Source: Lewinella sp.
GTDB taxonomy: Bacteria; Bacteroidota; Bacteroidia; Chitinophagales; Saprospiraceae
NCBI GenBank assembly: GCA_026421165.1
Contig: JAPKCQ010000001.1
Location: 1-44,594 of the forward strand
Direction: 5' to 3'
Length of the DNA stretch: 44,594 nt
Numbering within the stretch: the first letter of the stretch is position 1; each line of letters begins with the position of its first letter. Shown piece by piece: positions 39,273 through 44,594 of this stretch. The notes under the pieces were generated by a model. The model was given only the letters and a program-made list of their open reading frames with translations, made no database searches and had not been told where the DNA came from. The translations under genes and the position numbers were made by a program.

Positions 39273-40826
39273 TTAATGAAAGACAAAGTGGAGGACAAGC
39301 AGTGAGAGTGACAGCCCCAGGCCCAGCCACGCTACGCCCTTGCTATCCGCAACGAACAGCTCTTTGAAGGGACGGAGCCGGTTGCGCCCTGGCAAAAGCT
39401 GAAAGACAACGAAGAGCACAACGATAACGACACCGGCGCGGACGAAGTAGTTCATATCAGGCGCGAGGTACTGGATGGCCAGGTTTAATGGTGCGGAGGC
39501 GATGAAGGCTATTAGCGTGGTAGATGGCACTGGGGCAATGAGCAGTACGGCGGAGAGAATCACCATCACAATGCCGCAGTTGACGTAGTACCTAAGTTCG
39601 TTGAGGGTGTGGGTGAAGGCGGCCTCCGGGTTGTTAAACTTGAGGTACATCAGTGTTAGCCCCATCGCGATGCCAGTAAGCAGGCAAACCAGAATGGTCT
39701 TTTTGCCAGCAGCAACCATCTCCGGTTCAGTAGCCTCCGGTTTTAGGTAGCGTTTGTAAACGTCGACGCTCCAGAGTGTGGCCAGGCTATTGAAGGTGGA
39801 ATCGACGGTAGACATCAGGCTCGCGAATAATGCGCAGAGGATGATGCCCTTCAGCCCGACGGGCAGGTAGGTATTGACGATGTAGGGAAATGCACCATCC
39901 GGATCATCCAGGCCTTGCTCTCCAAGGATACCGTAGAGCGCAATGCCGGGAACGATGATAATGACGGCCATTAGGTACTTCGTAACGCCTCCAACCATCA
40001 GGCCTACTTGTGCCTCACGTAGGCTTCTCGCGGCCAGGCTACGCTGAACCACCGCCTGGTTGGCACACCAGTAGTTGATGTTGAGGAAGAATAGGCCGAA
40101 AAGTAAGGTCCACGGTAGTTTAGGATGATCCGCCGGTAGGTGAAGGTGCATTAACTGTGGCGTCTTCACGTAGAGTTGGCTCCAGCCGCCCAGATGGTGT
40201 ACGGCGACCAGGGTTACAACTATACCACCGATCAACAATATGGCAAACTGGATGATATCGGTCTTAACTACGGCCGCCAACCCACCGAGGTAGGTGTACA
40301 CCGCAGAGAACACCCCTAGGGCAATTACTAAAACTCCAACCCGAACTAAACGTACTTCACTTATCCAAAGGAAATAATCTCCGAAAACTAGGTCGGCCGC
40401 GTAAGCACCCCAGAACAAGGCTCCGCCGAGGGTGATGGTAGAGAACAGCGCCAGATTTGCCAGACTGTAAGCCAGGGCGACTCTCGGCCCCACTTTTCGT
40501 TCGATGAACTGTGAAATGGTGATAATCCGTTCGCTCAGATACATTGGAACGAAGAGAAATGCAGCCAGCAAAATACCCTGAACCGCATTGATCTCCAGGT
40601 TCGCCTGGGCCAGTCCGTACAGGTAGGCCGAACCCATCATCCCCAGGAACTGGTAGCCCTGGATGTTGGTCGCGATTGTCGACATCGCTACTGAGGGCCA
40701 GCGGAGGTTGCGACCAGCAAGAAAGTAGTCTTCGGTAGTGACGGCTTCGCCCGCCTTATTGCGCCCGGCTAAAGCGACCAGCATGATGGTGATGAAGTAG
40801 GTGGCTACTATTAGGAGGTCGATCAT
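39273..40826 (-). CDS. Sodium:solute symporter (SSS/SLC5) family
   Basis: DYFLAGR, YTYLGGLAAVVKTDIIQ, YWCANQAVVQRSLAA and ASLMSTVDS. Confidence 0.95.
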   Translation of the reverse strand: MIDLLIVATYFITIMLVALAGRNKAGEAVTTEDYFLAGRNLRWPSVAMSTIATNIQGYQFLGMMGSAYLYGLAQANLEINAVQGILLAAFLFVPMYLSERIITISQFIERKVGPRVALAYSLANLALFSTITLGGALFWGAYAADLVFGDYFLWISEVRLVRVGVLVIALGVFSAVYTYLGGLAAVVKTDIIQFAILLIGGIVVTLVAVHHLGGWSQLYVKTPQLMHLHLPADHPKLPWTLLFGLFFLNINYWCANQAVVQRSLAARSLREAQVGLMVGGVTKYLMAVIIIVPGIALYGILGEQGLDDPDGAFPYIVNTYLPVGLKGIILCALFASLMSTVDSTFNSLATLWSVDVYKRYLKPEATEPEMVAAGKKTILVCLLTGIAMGLTLMYLKFNNPEAAFTHTLNELRYYVNCGIVMVILSAVLLIAPVPSTTLIAFIASAPLNLAIQYLAPDMNYFVRAGVVIVVLFVVFQLLPGRNRLRPFKELFVADSKGVAWLGLGLSLSLLVLHFVFH

Positions 40827-41190
40827 GCTGGTCTATTGGTAGTTTGGTCCGTTGGCTCTTTGGCCAGTTGTGGGGCAAGGTAGATATTGACCGTGACAAA
40901 GGCGCAGAGTACGTACTCGGACAGAACTAATGCGGTATTCTGATCGGGTAGATTTTGAGTCTGAACGAGGCGAAAACGTAAGCAACACTACGGTGCTACC
41001 TGCGTTTTTTGCCGCATCAGCGGCCAAAATTTACGAAGTCAAGTTAGTACATTAATACCATCAGGATACCAAGTATCAAGAATACAAATAAGCAGTATTC
41101 CCTGGGCTTTTTAGGAACGTCGATTTAATACAGTATTGTTGATGTTGTCCTTTAAGGACGGCACAGAGTCAGCCTGAAGGCTAAAAACAG

Positions 41191-41979
41191 TTATGCAGCC
41201 ACTCTTTGCATCTTTCGTAAGACATCCACGTCTGCGGCCGGGGCGAAGAGGAGTTCTCCTTTACGGTCATCTACTATTTCGAGGTGTAGTTGCTTCGATA
41301 GCTCTTTGGCCAAGTTACCAAGTTGTTGGCAGTAGGGTAGGGAGTTGCCCATGGCGGCGTAGTGATCGATGATGCCAATGCGGAAGAGATCGTGGGGGTC
41401 AACGTAGTTGATGAGTTCGCGCAGGTCGGCTTTGGCGGCTACCTTTTGCTTACGGAGGCGGAGTTGTTCGTGCAGGTCGGCCATGGTGCAGCCTACGATC
41501 TGCTCGCGGCGGTAGTGGTTCCAGTACTCGGCTGAGCCGCGCTTGCGTGAGTAGTGCGCCAGGTGGCGGGTTTCGGCAGCTTTCTGGCAAGTAATGCGGG
41601 CGAGGGCCTTTACTTGCTCCAGTAGTTCAAGCGTTTCGGTGACGGAGAGTTGGACTTGCTCTGGGTAGACGTCCTCTTCTTTACTTAGGCGGGTGGCTAC
41701 GGCCTGTTTTACCTTTGACTTTGAGGACAAAGCGATGAGCTTACCAAACTCGAGACACAGGTAATATTCCTTTACAACGTTTCCCTTACAGCGCGGATCG
41801 CGGGCGTAGTCCTTCATCCCTTCGGGGCAGCGGATGCCGTCGGCGAACTGGTAAACATCTTTCAACCAGTGACGGACGTTGGTCTGGTAGTGGTTATCGT
41901 TAAGGCCAAGGGCACGGTGCAGCTCGGAAGCTTTTACCACGCGGGTACCTTTCTTTGAGATGTGGATGCTGATATCCAT
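41191..41979 (-). CDS. AntA/AntB-like phage-antirepressor-type DNA-binding protein
   Basis: VVKASELHRALG and KEYYLCLEFGKLIAL resemble AntA (ARELH..EYxLxLxxAKxLAM); helical C-terminal domain. Confidence 0.6.
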   Translation of the reverse strand: MDISIHISKKGTRVVKASELHRALGLNDNHYQTNVRHWLKDVYQFADGIRCPEGMKDYARDPRCKGNVVKEYYLCLEFGKLIALSSKSKVKQAVATRLSKEEDVYPEQVQLSVTETLELLEQVKALARITCQKAAETRHLAHYSRKRGSAEYWNHYRREQIVGCTMADLHEQLRLRKQKVAAKADLRELINYVDPHDLFRIGIIDHYAAMGNSLPYCQQLGNLAKELSKQLHLEIVDDRKGELLFAPAADVDVLRKMQRVAA

Positions 41980-42004
41980 TGTTTGAAAATTGCTGTTGTT
42001 GCTA

Positions 42005-42036
42005 CAAACTTAAGGTAGTGTGTTGTTTATTGCAAA
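42005..42036 (-). promoter_or_regulatory. Consensus Bacteroidota primary-sigma promoter
   Basis: Minus strand TTTG (42036-42033), 20-nt spacer, TAAGTTTG (42012-42005); 25 nt before the ATG. Confidence 0.8.
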
Positions 42037-42203
42037 TTTCAAACAAATTATTTTTCACTTTTGTGTGATTATTTTTATTTTACCAGTGGTTTGTGAGTGT
42101 TTGTACGCGATTTGGTGACGGTTGGGGTGAGGGGCTACGGGGCCCCGGGCTCGCTGGTCGATGGGCTTACTACAGGGTAATTGCTATGCGGCAGCTGGTG
42201 TTG

Positions 42204-42340
42204 TAGGCGAGTGGGTCACTGAATTACTACCGCAAGTACGACTTACGGTGCTTCGCTTGTTCATCTGAGGCGAAAAAGAGCGAAATACGTAGCGGTGCTA
42301 GTCGTAGCTCAGTGACTTGTCGACTCTGTTACTCAACCTA
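42204..42340. repeat. Long imperfect palindrome
   Basis: GTCACTGA/TCAGTGAC, TACGACT/AGTCGTA and TTCGCT/AGCGAA arms. Confidence 0.55.
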
Positions 42341-42343
42341 CTT

Positions 42344-42362
42344 TGCATCCTGCGTTTGCGCC
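42344..42362 (-). repeat. Dispersed motif copy 8 (long form)
   Basis: Minus strand GGCGC AAA CGCAGG ATGCA, followed by AAG; 2 nt after the stop of 42365..43060. Confidence 0.85.
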
Positions 42363-42364
42363 GC

Positions 42365-43060
42365 TTACTTACCGACATCTCCTGAGAGAATCATCTTGAA
42401 CCACCACCAAACCAACAGTGCGGTATCGCCTTGATAATCCTGTTCGCGCAATGCTTCTTTATAGGCTGCCATGACTGCTTCGTCGGACGTCAGGAAATTG
42501 CGGAGTGTTTTCAACAGCTTGGTATAGCGCGGGAAGTCAGCGGCCGGCGGAATATCTTTTGCACCGAGCCGGGCGCAGATCAGCATCAGATCGGCGGTAG
42601 AGTAGGGGGCATACACTTCGGGGTACTGCCCCATAAGGTAAAGCGAGGCCATATTATAGTCATCGTCGTGGTTGTGACTGGGCGTTTTGTCTTTGGGGTG
42701 CTGGTCGCGAAAGCGGTTGAATAGCTCGTTGATGTAAAAAACGAAGCGCCCGATGCGGCCTTCGAGCTGGCGGTCTTCGCTGAAGAGGTCGCGAAAGGCA
42801 TCGCGGACGAAGTCGGGCTCCCAACGCATCAGGGCTAGCATCGCGCGTTTGGGGTCGTAGCCGCCACGGCGGTAATGCCTGCGGTTGGTTTTGGAGTCCA
42901 GCGCTTTGTCGTAAACTTCGGCGAGGTCTTTGGCCTCTACGTTAAAGTGGGCTTGCCAGTTTCGCTGGGTTTCCCAGAGGGGTAAAAATACCTGGGCCTC
43001 TTCAGTTTTTAGCCACTCCGGGAAGGTGGCGAGGTAGGCTTTTATCTTGGGTACCTGCAT
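42365..43060 (-). CDS. Hypothetical protein resembling the N-terminal domain of some McrB-like AAA GTPases
   Basis: WETQRNWQAHFNVEAKDLAEVYDKAL, EPDFVRDAFRDLFSE..LEGRI and SLYLMGQYPEVYAPY; no P-loop. Confidence 0.55.
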   Translation of the reverse strand: MQVPKIKAYLATFPEWLKTEEAQVFLPLWETQRNWQAHFNVEAKDLAEVYDKALDSKTNRRHYRRGGYDPKRAMLALMRWEPDFVRDAFRDLFSEDRQLEGRIGRFVFYINELFNRFRDQHPKDKTPSHNHDDDYNMASLYLMGQYPEVYAPYSTADLMLICARLGAKDIPPAADFPRYTKLLKTLRNFLTSDEAVMAAYKEALREQDYQGDTALLVWWWFKMILSGDVGK

Positions 43061-43112
43061 ATTCCCACAAAGATGCAGAAAAATGAGTGGGCGGGTTAAC
43101 CATAAAGAATCA

Positions 43113-43177
43113 TAGGGACGCGAATAGAATAAAACCGGATTTTCTGACCTAGCGTTTTTATTCTATTCGCGTCCCTA
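43113..43177. mobile_element. Miniature inverted-repeat element with 20-bp perfect TIRs flanked by TA
   Basis: TA-GGGACGCGAATAGAATAAAA, 21-nt spacer, TTTTATTCTATTCGCGTCCC-TA. Confidence 0.55.
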
Positions 43178-43196
43178 AGAGAGTACAAAGCCAGCG

Positions 43197-43649
43197 TCAT
43201 TCGTGGGTGACTTCAGTAACTCTTGCTGGGTGTCCGGTAGTATTTAAGAAATTCATCAGACTGTCTTTTCCTGGTTTTCCGGAAAGCCTCTCGTCGTACA
43301 GAAATAGGTCTACACCGGGCTGTAGGAGCCACGGCAGGCGTGCGGAGAGTTCCGCTGCGCTTTCACTGGGGTAGCCGCTTACCAGCACGCGGTAACCTGC
43401 GGCGGTCAGGCTGTCTTTGTAGGCTTTAAGGTGGTCATTGTTCCACTGTGTGGTGTCGGTCAGGAGAACCAGGTTACGGGACACGGCTCGTTCGGGTGGG
43501 GGCTCATTTGGCGCGCACGCAGGTGCAATGAAAGTTAATAGGAGCAGGGTGGACAGTACCGCCGTTCGCTTGAAGGACGGGAAATTCTCGCCGATCCGCG
43601 AAATTTGCCGGAATCCGAGATTCAATTCGTGGAGAAGGGTAGTGTTCAT
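43197..43649 (-). CDS. Putative lipoprotein, truncated/degenerate SGNH (TesA-like) fold
   Basis: KRTAVLSTLLLLTFIAPAC signal and lipobox; GYRVLVSGYPSESAAELSARLPWLLQPGVDLF resembles TesA block II-III; overlaps the queG stop by 4 nt. Confidence 0.55.
   Translation of the reverse strand: MNTTLLHELNLGFRQISRIGENFPSFKRTAVLSTLLLLTFIAPACAPNEPPPERAVSRNLVLLTDTTQWNNDHLKAYKDSLTAAGYRVLVSGYPSESAAELSARLPWLLQPGVDLFLYDERLSGKPGKDSLMNFLNTTGHPARVTEVTHE
43510..43527 (+). repeat. Dispersed motif copy 9 (inside a CDS)
   Basis: GGCGC GCA CGCAGG TGCA, followed by ATGAAAG. Confidence 0.85.
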
Positions 43650-44575
43650 AGCCCAAGAAAGTCAATATTACGTCGCAGCCCCACGTATTTGGTTCGTTTC
43701 ACGGCTGACTTCTGAAAGACCCGCAGGAATACTTCCTCCGTCATCTCGGTCATCTCGCGCTGGTTCATGGCGGGTAAATCGGGGTGAGCGTCGAAGGCGG
43801 GCTCATGGTGGGGCTCGCTGAATCGGTTCCAGGGGCAGACCTCCTGGCAGATGTCGCAACCAAAAGCCCAGCCTTCCATCCGACCGGCAAACTCTTCGGG
43901 GATGGCTTCGCGCAACTCGATGGTTAGGTAACTGATGCATTTGGAACCGTCCACTATGTACCCCTGCGGAGAGATGGCCTCCGTCGGGCAGGCATCGATG
44001 CAGGCCGTGCAGGTGCCGCAGTAGTCTTTGATCTGTGTATCCGGCGCAAGGTCGAGGTCGGAGATGATCTCGGCCAGAAAGAAATAGGAACCGGCCTTGG
44101 GGTTGATGAGCAGGGTGTTCTTGCCCGTCCAGCCAACGCCCGCACGTTTGGCCCAGTCGCGCTCCATCACCGGCGCAGAGTCTACGAACACCCGCCCGTC
44201 GATGGGCGCTCCGACGAGTAATTCGAGCTCCACCACAAGGTCCTTTAGCTTGTGCCTAATCACCTTGTGGTAGTCTTGCCCGTAGGCGTAGCGGCTGATC
44301 TTAGGCGCCTCCAGGCTGGGCGTATCGTCTTCCGGGAAGTAGTTGTAGAGAAGGGAAATTACGCTCTTCGCTCCGGGGACGAGCTTGGTCGGGTCCACTC
44401 GTTTCTCGAAATGGTTTTCCATCCAGCTCATGGTGCCGTGCTTTCCCTGGTTGAGCCAATCTTCGAGGCGCTTTGCTTCCTCATTCAGTCGTTCGGCCTT
44501 GGCGATGCCTACGAAGGCGAAGCCGGCGGCTAGGGCGCGGGCTTTTACTTGCTTTGAGAGAGATAAGTTGGTCAT
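43646..44575 (-). CDS. queG: tRNA epoxyqueuosine(34) reductase QueG
   Basis: ISRYAYGQDYH, FVDSAPVMER, CGTCTACIDACPT, CISYLTIE and GCDICQEVCPWN. Confidence 0.97.
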   Translation of the reverse strand: MTNLSLSKQVKARALAAGFAFVGIAKAERLNEEAKRLEDWLNQGKHGTMSWMENHFEKRVDPTKLVPGAKSVISLLYNYFPEDDTPSLEAPKISRYAYGQDYHKVIRHKLKDLVVELELLVGAPIDGRVFVDSAPVMERDWAKRAGVGWTGKNTLLINPKAGSYFFLAEIISDLDLAPDTQIKDYCGTCTACIDACPTEAISPQGYIVDGSKCISYLTIELREAIPEEFAGRMEGWAFGCDICQEVCPWNRFSEPHHEPAFDAHPDLPAMNQREMTEMTEEVFLRVFQKSAVKRTKYVGLRRNIDFLGL

Positions 44576-44594
44576 AAGGGGTGAATTTTAGACG

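Noticed and set aside
40994-41013. Degenerate motif-like GGCAAAAAACGCAGGTAGCA (minus); also partial TGCACCTGCG at 11870-11879
   Set aside because: Too many deviations to count as copies without a genome-wide model.
41037-41100. Weak AATACCA/AGTATCA periodicity
   Set aside because: Too short and degenerate to separate from AT-rich background.
41191-43649. Prophage or defence island
   Set aside because: No integrase, structural, nuclease or methylase genes, and no att-like repeats seen.

Overview
Chromosomal window from a Bacteroidota genome, probably Saprospirales (Lewinella-like). That placement is inferred from TAnnTTTG-type promoters, SD-less A-rich start contexts, T9SS cargo proteins and no tuf between fusA and rpsJ. 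The left part holds a PiT-like membrane protein, pfkA, a sugar-kinase-like ATPase, a GH73 glucosaminidase, an alpha/beta hydrolase, a degenerate HAD protein, ftsY, two large T9SS cargo proteins and three secreted amidohydrolase-fold genes. The centre (21.4-37.5 kb) is the str-S10-spc cluster from rpsL to secY, with unusually long, structured spacers. The right part holds a MATE exporter, an SSS symporter, an AntA-like DNA-binding protein, a stand-alone McrB-N-like protein, a degenerate SGNH-like lipoprotein and queG. The most striking unexplained signal is non-coding: a dispersed 18-19 bp motif, GGCGC-NNN-CGCAGG-(A)TGCA, found 9 times on both strands. Eight copies are intergenic, and in the ninth the variable triplet is the lipobox Cys codon of a CDS. 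Also notable are 7-mer and 8-mer palindromic tandem arrays that begin at stop codons, long palindromic spacer elements, a TA-flanked mini element and candidate internal promoters and a terminator in the S10 operon. No rRNA, tRNA, CRISPR array or transposase was seen. All family assignments come from motif recognition by eye; no searches were run.
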